Source of the DNA: Eledone cirrhosa
Lineage: Eukaryota
Direction: 5' to 3'
DNA length: 64,000 nucleotides
NCBI GenBank assembly: GCA_964016885.1
Contig: OZ024766.1
Location: forward strand, 10,044,001-10,108,000
Positions within the stretch are counted from its first letter, which is position 1; each line of letters opens with the position of its first letter. The position numbers were made by a program, and so were the translations under genes. Positions 12,690 through 25,797 of this stretch are shown piece after piece. Under the pieces are notes generated by a model that was not told the origin of the DNA, made no database searches, and saw nothing but the letters and a program-made list of their open reading frames with translations.

Positions 12690-14566
12690 AGATATAGAGT
12701 AATGTAAATGTTATGTGAGGTAAAGCCTTTACTGTGAAAATACAATAGTATATATAGAGTAATGTAAATGTTATGTGAGATATTATGTGAGGTAAAGCCT
12801 TTACTGTGAAAATACAATAGTATATATAGAGTAATGTAAATGTTATGTGAGATATTATGTGAGGTAAAGCCTTTACTGTGAAAATACAATAGTATATATA
12901 GAGTAATGTAAATGTTATGTGAGATATTATGTGAGGTAAAGCCTTTACTGTGAAAATACAATAGTATATATAGAGTAATGTAAATGTTATGTGAGGTATT
13001 ATGTGAGGTAAAGCCTTTACTGTGACAATACAATAGTATATATAGAGTAATGTAAATGTTATGTGAGATATTATGTGAGGTAAAGCCTTTACTGTGAAAA
13101 TACAATAGTATATATAGAGTAATGTAAATGTTATGTGAGGTATTATGTGAGGTAAAGCCTTTACTGTGAAAATACAATAGTATATATAGAGTAATGTAAA
13201 TGTTATGTGAGGTATTATGTGAGGTAAAGCCTTTACTGTGAAAATACAATACTATATATAGAGTTTTAAACTGTATGGTCAAGAGAGTATCTTAGTCAGT
13301 CTATGAACTTCTCCACTGAACCATGAGAACAACTTACCATTAATTTCCTTTAAGCTTATGGAGTGTAATCGAACTGGCTGGTTGAAGCTCACATAAATAA
13401 GAAGCTGGAAAGAGAAGAGTATTTGTTAATTTAATAAATGGACACATTGCAGATCTTGAGTACACAAGAGATGTAGTGGGATAGCAGGCAAACTAACAGG
13501 TAAGGAAAACTACATATGTAGTAGATGTACAAAAAAATTTGACTGTACTGTGAAATTACAATAAGAAATATAGAGTAATGTAAATGTTATTTGAGGTAAA
13601 GCCTTTACTGTGAAAATATAATAGTATATATAGAGTAATGTAAATGTTATGTGAGATATTATGTGAGGTAAAGCCTTTACTGTGACAATACAATAGTATA
13701 TATAGAGTAATGTAAATGTTATGTGAGATATTATGTGAGGTAAAGCCTTTACTGTGAAAATACAATAGTATATATAGAGTAATGTAAATGTTATGCGAGA
13801 TATTATGTGAGGTAAAGCCTTTACTGTGAAAATACAATAGTATATATAGAGTAATGTAAATGTTATGTGAGATATTATGTGAGGTAAAGCCTTTACTGTG
13901 AAAATACAATAGTATATATAGAGTAATGTAAATGTTATGTGAGGTAAAGCCTTTACTGTGAAAATACAATAGTATATATAGAGTAATGTAAATGCTATGT
14001 GAGATATTATGTGAGGTAAAGCCTTTACTGTGAAAATACAATAGTATATATAGAGTAATGTAAATGTTATGTGAGATATTATGTGAGGTAAAGCCTTTAC
14101 TGGGAAAATACAATAGTATATATAGAGTAATGTAAAAGTTATGTGAGGTAAAGCCTTTACTGTGAAAATACAATAGTATATATAGAGTAATGTAAATGCT
14201 ATGTGAGATATTATGCGAGGTAAAGCTTTTACTGTGAAAATACAATAGTATATATAGAGAAATGTAAATGTTATGCGAGATATTATGTGAGGTAAAGCCT
14301 TTACTGTGAAAATACAATAGTATATATAGAGTAATGTAAATGTTATGTGAGATATTATGTGAGGTAAAGCCTTTAGTGTGAAAATACAATAGTATATATA
14401 GAGTAATGTAAATGTTATGTGAGGTATTATGTGAGGTAAAGCCTGTACTGTGAACATACAATAGTATATATAGAGTAATGTAAATGTTATGCGAGATATT
14501 ATGTGAGGTAAAGCCTTTACTGTGACAATACAATAGTATATATAGAGTAATGTAAATGCTAAAGGG
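12690..14566 (-). repeat. 72-bp minisatellite, two arrays (12690-13262 and 13547-14566) flanking exon 5
   Basis: Unit ttttcacagtaaaggctttacctcacataatatctcacataacatttacattactctatatatactattgta read on the minus strand; 60-bp variants; ends in MITE TIR AAATGCTAAAGGG. Confidence 0.93.
13338..13404 (-). CDS. TXNL1: TXNL1-like exon 5 (LLIYVSFNQPVRLHSISLKEIN)
   Basis: ttccag| ... |gtaagt; 67 nt, phase 1; matches TXNL1 LLITVAFNQPVKLYSM. Confidence 0.93.
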
Positions 14567-14606
14567 TAAAGGAAACTGGCAGGGTATTTTACCCAATAGC
14601 CCTCAC

Positions 14607-14732
14607 CTGTGCATCGCAAGAGGACGTGATGGGGATTTCGTTGTCCTGATTGAGGATGGCGTCCAATTTTGTGGAATTGGACATATTCAGACATTCCATA
14701 CAAGACCTGTTGATAAACTTTTCCAGGTTGCA
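14607..14732 (-). CDS. TXNL1: TXNL1-like exon 4 (CNLEKFINRSCMECLNMS...ITSSCDAQ)
   Basis: cttcag| ... |gtgagg; 126 nt; matches PITH motifs FIN..ECLN and SDCDEQ. Confidence 0.93.
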
Positions 14733-14754
14733 CTGAAGTGAAACAAAACAAATA

Positions 14755-17700
14755 CGTCATCATCATCGGCTTTTGACTGTTGTCACCATCATCACCACCA
14801 TTGTCATCATTTGATATCACCACCACCACTATCATCAACATCACCACTACCACCATCACTATCATCGATATCACCACCACCACTACCACCATCACTATCA
14901 TCAACATCACCACTACCACCACCACCATTGCAATCATTACCGTAGCCACCATCACCACAACCACCATCATCATCATCATTGTTATCATTACCACCACCAC
15001 CATCATCCCTATAACAACCACCACAACCACCACCACAGCCACATTCACCACCATCACTTATCACCACAGCTATTCACCACCACCACAACCACATTCAGCA
15101 CCACCACCACCACCACCACCACATTCACCACTAACACACCACCACCACCACATTCACCACTAACACACCACCACCACCACCACATTCCCCACTAACACAC
15201 CACCACCACCACATTCACAACTAACACACCACCACCACCACATTCCCCACTAACACACCACCACCACATTCCCCACCAACACACCACCACCACCACCACC
15301 ACCACCACCACCACCACATTCACCACTAACACACCACCACCACCACCACCACCACATTCCCCACTAACACACCACCACCACCACCACATTCCCCACCAAC
15401 ACACCACCACCACCACCACATTCCCCACTAACACACCACCACCACATTCACCACTAACACACCACCACCACCACATTCACCACTAACACACCACCACCAC
15501 CACATTCACCACCAACACACCACCACATTCACCACTAACACACCACCACCACCACATTCACCACTAACACACCACCACCACCACATTCCCCACTAACACA
15601 CCACCACCACCACATTCACCACTAACACACCACCACCACCACATTCACCACCAACACACCACCACATTCCCCACTAACACACCACCACCACCACATTCAC
15701 CACCAACACACCACCACAACCACATTCACCACCAACACACCACCACAACCACATTCACCACCAACACACCACCACCACCACATTCACCACTAACACACCA
15801 CCACCACCACATTCACCACTAACACACCACCACCACCACAACCACATTCACCACTAACACACCACCACCACCACATTCACCACCAACACACCACCACCAC
15901 CACATTCACCACCAACACACCACCACAACCACATTCACCACCAACACACCACCACCACCACATTCACCACTAACACACCACCACCACCACATTCCCCACT
16001 AACACACCACCACCACCACATTCCCCACTAACACACCACCACCACCACATTCACCACTAACACACCACCACCACCAACACAACACCACCACATTCACCAC
16101 TAACACACCACCACCACCAACACACCACCACCACTAACACACCACCACCACCACCACCACCACATTCACCACTAACACACCACCACCACCAACACACCAC
16201 CACCACCACATTCCCCACTAACACACCACCACCACCACATTCACCACCACCACAAACACACCACCACCACCACATTCACCACTAACACACCACCACCACC
16301 ACATTCCCCACTAACACACCACCACCACCACCACCACATTCACCACTAACACACCACCACCACATTCACCACTAACACACCACCACCACCACATTCACCA
16401 ACAACACACCACCACCACCACATTCACCACTAACACACCACATTCACCACCAACACACCACCACCACCACATTCACCACTAACACACCACCACCACCACC
16501 ACCACCACATTCACCACTAACACACCACCACCACCACATTCACCACTAACACACCACCACCACCACCACACCACCACAACCACATTCACCACCAACACAC
16601 CACCACCACCACATTCACCACTAACACACCACCACCACCACCACATTCACCACTAACACACCACCACCACCACCACATTCACCACTAACACACCACCACC
16701 ACCACATTCCCCACCAACACACCACCACCACCACATTCCCCACTAACACACCACCACCACCACATTCACCACTAACACACCACCACCACCACATTCACCA
16801 CCAACACACCACCACATTCACCACTAACACACCACCACCACCACCACCACCACATTCACCACTAACACACCACCACCACCACATTCCCCACCAACACACC
16901 ACCACCACCACCACCACCACCACCACATTCCCCACTAACACACCACCACCACCACATTCACCACTAACACACCACCACCACCACATTCACCACTAACACA
17001 CCACCACCACCACATTCACCACCAACACACCACCACATTCACCACTAACACACCACCACCACCACATTCCCCACTAACACACCACCACCACCACATTCAC
17101 CACTAACACACCACCACCACCACATTCACCACCAACACACCACCACATTCCCCACTAACACACCACCACCACCACATTCCCCACTAACACACCACCACCA
17201 CCACATTCCCCACTAACACACCACCGCCACCACATTCACCACTAACACACCACCACCACCACATTCACCACTAACACACCACCACCACCACATTCACCAC
17301 CAACACACCACCACATTCACCACTAACACACCACCACCACCACATTCACCACTAACACACCACCACCACCACATTCACCACTAACACACCACCACCACCA
17401 ACACACCACCACCACCACCACCACCACATTCACCACTAACACACCACCACCACCACATTCACCACCACCACACCACCAACACACCACCACCACATTCCCC
17501 ACCAACACACCACCACCACCACATTCCCCACTAACACACCACCACATTCACCACCAACACACCACCACCACCACCACCACCACATTCCCCACTAACACAC
17601 CACCACCACCACATTCACCACTAACACACCACCACCACCACATTCACCACTAACACACCACCACCACCACATTCACCACTAACACACCACCACCACCACC

Positions 17701-17910
17701 ACCACCACATTCACCACTAACACACCACCACAACCACATTCACCACCACCACCACATTCACCACTAACACACCACCACCACCACCACACCACCACAACCA
17801 CATTCACCACCAACACACCACCACAACCACATTCACCACCAACACACCACCACCACCACATTCACCACTAACACACCACCACCACCACCACACCACCACC
17901 ACCACCACAA
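14755..17910. repeat. (CAC/CAT)n-derived ~24-30-bp minisatellite filling TXNL1-like intron 3
   Basis: Unit cacattcaccactaacacaccaccac with variable (CAC)n. Confidence 0.93.
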
Positions 17911-17915
17911 CTTAC

Positions 17916-18086
17916 ATAGCCCTTCACAAGAGGGTTGATGTCCTTCTCCGCATATTTCCGTTCCAGGACCTTGATATTAGTCCGGAGGAGCTCAATACTG
18001 TCTTCTTTCATCCGCATCACTTCTTTTTTCTCGCGAATAAACACGCATGTGCGCCCTTCCTCGACTTTGTACTCCTTGGTTGATTT
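17916..18086 (-). CDS. TXNL1: TXNL1-like exon 3 (KSTKEYKVEEGRTCVFIREK...DINPLVKGY)
   Basis: ctgcag| ... |gtaagt; 171 nt, phase 0/0; ends VKGY, like TXNL1 IPKGY at the start of the PITH domain. Confidence 0.9.
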
Positions 18087-18129
18087 CTGCAGAGGGAGAG
18101 GGCGAGAAAAATATACAACTATAATACAA

Positions 18130-19200
18130 TGTGACGGGATCAAGAAGACCAGCCTTCTCTTACATGCAAAGTTAAACCTACAGTCAGTAGGCACCTCCTA
18201 ACCAAATATACACCCAAACCCACTACCCGTACTTCATCCTTCCACTCCCACCCAGCCACACAACCCTTACGGAGTACTCACGCTCAGAAGCTCTCGCGTC
18301 TTGTGACGCACGATGCAACCGTGGTGTTCCATCGCGTTCGGTCATTGTCTGTTTGTCGCTCGCAGGTCCCTCTCAACTGTCTGGCGCCAGGTCATATTGG
18401 GCCGTCCCTCTTCGTCTGCTTCCCTGCGGGGGAAGGGTCAATTTAAGTACTTGGTTCGCCAGTCTCACCGGGGGGAAGTCTCAGAGTGTGTCCAAACCAG
18501 CCCATGTGTCGCTTGCAGATGGTAAAAGAGACGGAGTAGGCAGACCCAGAAAAACCTGGGACCCCATGATAATATCCGCCCTCGCACACTTACACCTCTG
18601 CTTCCCTGCGGCGGGCTCCATTTAAGTACTTGTTTCGCCAGTCTCCCCGGGGGGAAGTCTCAGAGTGTGTCCAAACCAGCCCATGTGTCGCTTGCAGATG
18701 GTAAAAGAGACGGAGTAGGCAGACCCAGAAAAACCTGGGACCCCATGATAATATCCGCCCTCGCACACTTACACCTCTCTAAGACAATGTCACTGGATTG
18801 AAACTTTTGGCGCCACGCAGTAATACGAAAGACCAGCCTTGCCTTACGTACAAAGTTAAACCTACAGTCAGTAGGCACCTCCTAACCAAATATACACCCA
18901 AACCCACTACCCGTACTTCATCTTTCCACTCCCACCCAGCCACACAACCCTTACGGAGTACTCACGTTCAGAAGCTCTCGCGTCTTGTGACGCATGAGGC
19001 AACCGTGGTGTTCCATCGCGTTCGGTCATTGTCTGTTTGTCGCTCGCAGGTCCCTCTCAACTGTCTGGCGCCAGTTCATATTGGGTCGCCCTCTCTGTCT
19101 GCTTCCCTGCGCCACGCAGTAATACGAAAGACCAGCCTTGCCTTACATGCAAAGTTAAACCTACAGTCAGTAGGCACCTCCTAACCAAATATACACCCAA
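18130..19200 (-). mobile_element. Locally duplicated, decayed RTE-derived fragments in TXNL1-like intron 2
   Basis: 18144-18430 repeated at 18826-19110, and 18415-18598 at 18598-18778; GVGRPRKTWD remnants. Confidence 0.55.
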
Positions 19201-19220
19201 GGTTATTGTAGATAACTTAC

Positions 19221-19317
19221 AGTTAGTTTCGATTTCTCAGCTCTGATGAAAATAACATCCTTGAATTCCTCGCCCATCAACTCAAATGTTCCACTCATTG
19301 TGTCAGTCTTATGTGAA
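19221..19317 (-). CDS. TXNL1: TXNL1-like exon 2 (DSHKTDTMSGTFELMGEEFKDVIFIRAEKSKLT)
   Basis: tttcag| ... |gtaagt; 97 nt, continues the phase-2 frame of exon 1; FKDVIF matches the thioredoxin strand after the active-site helix. Confidence 0.85.
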
Positions 19318-19367
19318 CTGAAATAAATATGAACGTTTGTTAAGTTATGTTCCAAACACCATCTTAA

Positions 19368-21545
19368 TCCTTTATCATTTACATTACTCTACTACTCTAC
19401 ATATACTATCGTATTTTCACAGTAAAGGCTTTACCTCACATAATATCTCACATAACATTTACATTACTCTATATATACTATTGTATTTTCACAGTAAAGG
19501 CTTTACCTCACATAATATCTCACATAACATTTACATTACTCTGTACATACTATTGTATTTTCACAGTAAAGGCTTTACCTCACATAATATCTCACATAAC
19601 ATTTACATTACTCTATATATACTATTGTATTTTCACAGTAAAGGCTTTACCTCACATAATATCTCACATAACATTTACATTACTCTATATATACTATTGT
19701 ATTTTCACAGTAAAGGCTTTACCTCACATAATATCTCACATAACATTTACATTACTCTATATATACTATTGTATTTTCACAGTAAAGGCTTTACCTCACA
19801 TAATATCTCACATAACATTTACATTACTCTATATATACTATTGTATTTTCACAGTAAAGGCTTTACCTCACATAATATCTCACATAACATTTACATTACT
19901 CTATATATACTATTGTATTTTCACAGTAAAGGCTTTACCTCACATAATATCTCACATAACATTTACATTACTCTATATATACTATTGTATTTTCACAGTA
20001 AAGGCTTTACCTCACATAATATCTCACATAACATTTACATTACTCTATATATACTATTGTATTTTCACAGTAAAGGCTTTACCTCACATAATATCTCACA
20101 TAACATTTACATTACTCTATATATACTATTGTATTTTCACAGTAAAGGCTTTACCTCACATAATATCTCACATAACATTTACATTACTCTATATATACTA
20201 TTGTATTTTCACAGTAAAGGCTTTACCTCACATAACATTTACATTACTCTATATATACTATTGTATTTTCACAGTAAAGGCTTTACCTCACATAATATCT
20301 CACATAACATTTACATTACTCTATATATACTATTGTATTTTCACAGTAAAGGCTTTACCTCACGTAATATCTCACATAACATTTACATTACTCTGTACAT
20401 ACTATTGTATTTTCACAGTAAAGGCTTTACCTCACGTAATATCTCACATAACATTTACATTACTCTATATATACTATTGTATTTTCACAGTAAAGGCTTT
20501 ACCTCACATAATATCTCACATAACATTTACATTACTCTATATATACTATTGTATTTTCACAGTAAAGGCTTTACCTCACTCTATATATACTATTGTATTT
20601 TCACAGTAAAGGCTTTACCTCACAATATCTCACATAACATTTACATTACTCTATATATACTATTGTATTTTAACAGTAAAGGCTTTACCTCACATAATAT
20701 CTCACATAACATTTACATTACTCTATATATACTATTGTATTTTCACAGTAAAGGCTTTACCTCACATAACATTGACATTACTCTATATATACTATTGTAT
20801 TTTCACAGTAAAGGCTTTACCTCACATAAAATCTCATAACATTTACATTACTCTATATATACTATTGTATTTTATGGTAAAGGCTTTACCTCACATAACA
20901 TTTACATTACTCTGTACATACTATTGTATTTTCACAGTAAAGGCTTTACCTCACATAACAATTACATTACTCTGTACATACTATTGTATTTTCACAGTAA
21001 AGGCTTTACCTCACATAATATCTCACATAACATTTACATTACTCTATATATACTATTGTATTTTCACAGTAAAGGCTTTACCTCACATAATATCTCACAT
21101 AGCATTTACATTACTCTATATATACTATTGTATTTTATGGTAAAGGCTTTACCTCACATAACATTGACATTACTCTATATATACTATTGTATTTTCACAG
21201 TAAAGGCTTTACCTCACATAAAATCTCATAACATTTACATTACTCTATATATATACTATTGTATTTTCACAGTAAAGGCTTTACCTCACATAACATTCAC
21301 ATTACTCTATATATAGTATTGTATTTTCACAGTAAAGGCTTTACCTCACATAACATTTACATTACTCTATATATAGTATTGTATTTTCACAGTAAAGGCT
21401 TTACCTCACATAACATTTACATTACTCTATATACACTATTGTATTTTCACAGTAAGGGTTTACCTCACATAACATTTACATTACTCTATATATACTATTA
21501 TCTTTTCATGGTAAAGGCTTTATCTCACCTAATTCTCAGATAACA
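19368..21545 (+). repeat. 72-bp minisatellite array filling most of TXNL1-like intron 1
   Basis: About 30 units; starts at TIR-like TTAA-TCCTTTATCATTTACATT. Confidence 0.93.
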
Positions 21546-21667
21546 TTGAATCATAGTCAACACAATCACCCCTTCTTTCCTCAGTCGACATAATCACCCC
21601 TTCCTTCATCTCTAGTGTGTAATGGACAAATATTATATTAGTAAATGTTTTTTTAAAAAATCCTTAC

Positions 21668-21774
21668 TCTTTCTCATCAAAAAAATCCACGATAACCAGA
21701 CTGTTTTCCGCTTTGGCTAACTCTCTCTCCAATTCTGAGTCTTTCGACAAGATCTTCATCTTCGTTTCAAACAT
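21668..21774 (-). CDS. TXNL1: TXNL1-like gene, coding exon 1 (MFETKMKILSKDSELERELAKAENSLVIVDFFDEK)
   Basis: ATG at 21774; donor GA|gtaagg, phase 2; an acceptor ttccag| 19 nt upstream of the ATG (exon edge 21793) implies a further 5'UTR exon. Resembles a thioredoxin N-terminus (LVIVDF). Confidence 0.85.
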
Positions 21775-22032
21775 TCTTTTTTTTCTTCTTTACCTGGAAA
21801 AAAATATTTATATTTATAATAAAATGTTGAAGTATGCTTGAAGCACTGTATATGAACTAATCATTTGCAACACAATCTAAAGACCCTTAAACCTTTGAAA
21901 AGAATCTAAAAACCCTTAGCCCTTTAAAGAGAATTGAAAGACCCTTAACCCTTTAAAGAGAATGTAAAGACACTTAACCCTTTAGCATCATAGCACAGGT
22001 GTTAAGATCTTTCTATCTCCTCTGTCGATTAA

Positions 22033-22778
22033 CCTGTTAGCATTTACATTACTCTATATATACTATTGTATTTTCATAGTAAAGGCTTTACCTCACATAA
22101 TATCTCACATAACATTTACATTACTCTATATATACTATTGTATTTTCATAGTAAAGGCTTTACCTCACATAATATCTCACATAACATTTACATTACTCTG
22201 TACATACTATTGTATTTTCACAGTAAAGGCTTTACCTCACATAATATCTCACATAGCATTTACATTACTCTATATATACTATTGTATTTTCACAGTAAAG
22301 GTTTTACCTCACATAATATCTCACATAACATTTACATTACTCTATATATACTATTATATTTTCATGGTAAAATCTCATAACATTTACATTACTCTATATA
22401 TACTATTGTATTTTATGGTAAAGGCTTTCTCACATAACATTTACATTACTCTATATATACTATTATATTTTCACAGTAAAGGCTTTACCTCACATAATAT
22501 CTCACATAACATTTACATTACTCTATATATACCATTGTATTTTCACAGTAAAGGCTTTACCTCACATAATCTTTACATTACTCTATATATACCATTGTAT
22601 TTTCACAGTAAAGGCTTTACCTCACATAATCTTTACATTACTCTATATATACCATTGTATTTTCACAGTAAAGGCTTTACCTCACATAATATCTCACATA
22701 ACATTTACATTACTCTATATATACTATTGTATTGTCACAGTAAAGGCTTTACTTCACATAATATCTAATGCTAAGGGG
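22033..22778 (+). repeat. 72-bp array bounded by both piggyBac-MITE termini
   Basis: TTAA|CCTGTTAGCATTTAC ... AATGCTAAGGGG|TTAA. Confidence 0.85.
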
Positions 22779-22789
22779 TTAAGGGGAAG

Positions 22790-23575
22790 CCGAGGTGGTG
22801 TGTAGGAGAGAAGACTGTATTGGTATGGACATGTGACGTGCATGGACAATAATCTTTGGTTGAAGAGGTCTCAGGATATCCCAGTGGAAGGAAACTGCAG
22901 TAGAGGTAGACCAAGGAAGACCTGGGTAGAGGTGGTGAGAGCTGACCTCAGTAGAGGTAGACCAAGGAAGACCTGGGCAGAGGTGGTGAGAGCTGACCTC
23001 AGTAGAGGTAGACCAAGGAAGACCTGGGCAGAGGTGGTGAGAGCTGACCTCAGTAGAGGTAGACCAAGGAAGACCTGGGCAGAGGTGGTGAGAGTTGACC
23101 TCAGTAGAGGTAGACCAAGGAAGACCTGGGCAGAGGTGGTGAGAGCTGACCTCAGTAGAGGTAGACCAAGGAAGACCTGGGTAGAGGTGGTGAGAGCTGA
23201 CCTCAGTAGAGGTAGACCAAGGAAGACCTGGGTAGAGGTGGTGAGAGCTGACCTCAGTAGAGATAGACCAAGGAAGGCCTGGGAAGAGGTGGTAAGAGCT
23301 GACCTCAGTAGAGGTAGACCAAGGCAGAGGTGGTGAGAGCTCACCTCAGTAGAGGTAGACCAAGGAAGACCTGGGCAGAGGTGGTGAGAGCTGACCTCAG
23401 TAGAGGTAGACCAAGGAAGACCTGGGTAGAGGTGGTGAGAGCTGAGTTCAAATCACTGAGACTCACTGAGGTGATGATGAAGGATTGTGACGTGTGAAGA
23501 GATGCTGTGCTGAGAAGGACCTGTCCAGCCCATGCAAGTATGGCAAAAACAGACGTAAAAACGATGATGATGATA
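22790..23575 (+). mobile_element. RTE LINE 3' fragment with a 51-bp internal minisatellite (SRGRPRKTWAEVVRADL about 10x)
   Basis: GRPRKTW segment tandemly amplified at 22899-23445; RTE tail ends in (GAT)n. Confidence 0.85.
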
Positions 23576-23621
23576 TATGTGTGTGCTTGTATGTGCATGT
23601 ATATATATATATATGTATTTA

Positions 23622-24095
23622 TGCAGAGCACTAGAAGTTGATGGAAACCGCGGAGTGGGGAGACCCAAGATGACCTGGGATGAGGTGATAAAAGCCGACC
23701 TTACCCAATTACACCTCTCAAAGGCGATGACACACGACCGTGCCCTCTGGCGTCACGCAGTAATACAAAGTACCCGACCTCCCATGGGTACAAGCTGAAG
23801 CATATAGACAATATGCCCCCACGCCCCCCACTGCAAGGTGGTCGTGGAGGTGCCACGGCAAAAAAGCACCCAGCACTCACTGTAAAGTGGACGTGTAGGC
23901 GCCACGAAAAAGTACCCAGCACTCACTGTAAATGAGGTTGGTGTTAGGAAGGGCATCCAGCTGTAGAAATCAAGCCAAAATCAGTTCCTGTATGAGCAAG
24001 GCATGGTCAGCCGACCAGACACTGCCCACATCAGGACAACCCGTCTAACCCATGCTAGCGTGGAAGAACGGACGTAAAACGGTGATGATGATGAT
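23622..24095 (+). mobile_element. RTE LINE 3' end, same subfamily as 3905-4835
   Basis: Near-identical to 4350-4835. Confidence 0.85.
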
Positions 24096-24302
24096 ATATA
24101 GAAATAGTATTTCACTTCAAGCATAGCTATATATAACTATGTATAGAAATTTCGAATTTCTAAAGAAACACGGTTTTAGGAAGCCGTAGCTATACAAACA
24201 CCGGGGGTAACGCCCTCTGGTGGTATCCAGCAGAAGCAAGTGGGACAACAGTCTCTGTATTTCAGGCTTGACTGGCCTTCCTCAGTCAATTTTGTTGATT
24301 GT

Positions 24303-25365
24303 TGGTTGTGTAGGTGTCATTACAAAAAGCACCCAGTCCACTCTGTAAAGTGGTTGTGTAGGTGTCATTACAAAAAGCACCCAGTCCACTCTGTAAAGTG
24401 GTCATGTAGGTGTCATTACAAAAAGCACCCAGTCCACTCTGTAAAGTGGTCGTGTAGGTGTCATGACAAAAAGCACCCAGTCCACTCTGTAAAGTGGTCA
24501 TGTAGGTGTCACAACAAAAATACACCCAGTCCACACTGTAAAGTGGTCATGTAGGTGTCACAACAAAAAGGACCCAGTCCACACTGTAAAGTGGTCGTGT
24601 AGGTGTCACAACAAAAAGCACCCAGTCCACACTGTAAAGTGGTCGTGTAGGTGTTATGACAAAAAGCACCCAGTCCACGCTGTAAAGTGGTCATGTAGGT
24701 GTCACAACAAAAATCACCCAGTCCACACTGTAAAGTGGTCATGTAGGTGTCACAACAAAAATCACCCAGTCCACACTGTAGAGTGGTCATGTAGGTGTCA
24801 CAACAAAAATCACCCAGTCCACACTGTAAAGTGGTCATGGATGTGTCATCACAAAAAAGCACCCAGTCCACACTGTAAAGTGGACATGTACACACCACGG
24901 AAAAAAAGCACCCAGTCCTCACTGTTAAGTGGTCGTGAATGTGCCACAGTAAAAAAGCACCCAGTCCACACTGTAAAGTGGTCATGTAGGTGTCACAACA
25001 AAAATCACCCAGTCCACACTGTAGAGTGGTCGTGTAGGTGTCACAACAAAAATCACCCAGTCCACACTGTAGAGTGGTCATGTAGGTGTCACAACAAAAA
25101 TCACCCAGTCCACACTGTAAAGTGGTCATGGATGTGTCATCACAAAAAAGCACCCAGCCCACACTGTAAAGTGGTCGTGAATGTGCCACAGTAAAAAAGC
25201 ACCCAGCCCACACTGTAAAGTGGTCGTGAATGTGCCACAGTAAAAAAGCACCCAGCCCACACTGTAAAGTGGTCGTGGAGGTGCCACAGTAAAAAAGCAC
25301 CCAGCCCACACTGTAAAGTGGTCGTGGAGGTGCCACGGCAAAAAAGCACCCAGCACTCACTGTAA
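24303..25365 (+). repeat. ~44-bp minisatellite amplified from the SINE internal module
   Basis: aaaaagcacccagtccacactgtaaagtggtcgtgtaggtgtcacaac; grades into an ordinary SINE tail at 25320-25530. Confidence 0.9.
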
Positions 25366-25701
25366 ATGAGGTTGGTGTTAGGAAGGGCATCCAGCTGTAG
25401 AAATCAAGCCAGAATCAGTTCCCGTATGAGCAAGACAAGTCAGCCGACTGGGCACTGCCCACAACAGGACAACCCGTCTAACCCATGCTAGCGTGGAAGA
25501 ATGGACGTAAAACAGTGATGATGATGATAATGATGAATGGGGGATGCGTGAATCCCGATTTCGCTAATTGGCACCTGGATAGCACTTTACACCAGTAAAC
25601 ACGGCAGCTGGGAGATCTTTTCAGGAACTCATATGTCTGCTGCATACAAGAGCAGAAGGACTTGCGTGTTTTTCCTGCCGGCAGCATATCACTAAGTCGG
25701 A

Positions 25702-25797
25702 TTTTTCATCTGAGGATACCGTTCTCATAACAACAACAAATGCATGAATTACATCTTGATTGCATAAGAGAACCGTTGAAATAATTATAATGAATAA
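25702..25797 (+). ncRNA. Type I hammerhead ribozyme motif with long stem II
   Basis: tttttcat-CTGAGGA-[accgttctc...gagaaccgt]-GAAA-TAATTA-TA-atgaataa; palindromic stem/loop III. Confidence 0.6.

Noticed and set aside
13450-13545. Unique-looking sequence beside exon 5 as an extra exon
   Set aside because: Matches the RTE Cys-rich segment at about 7220-7327; a LINE fragment.
19337-20839. 500-aa ORF with FHSKGF repeats, coincidentally like the PPIP5K FHSKGF motif
   Set aside because: Translation of the MITE-derived 72-bp satellite; no flanking PPIP5K similarity, and the real exon here reads FFSNGF.
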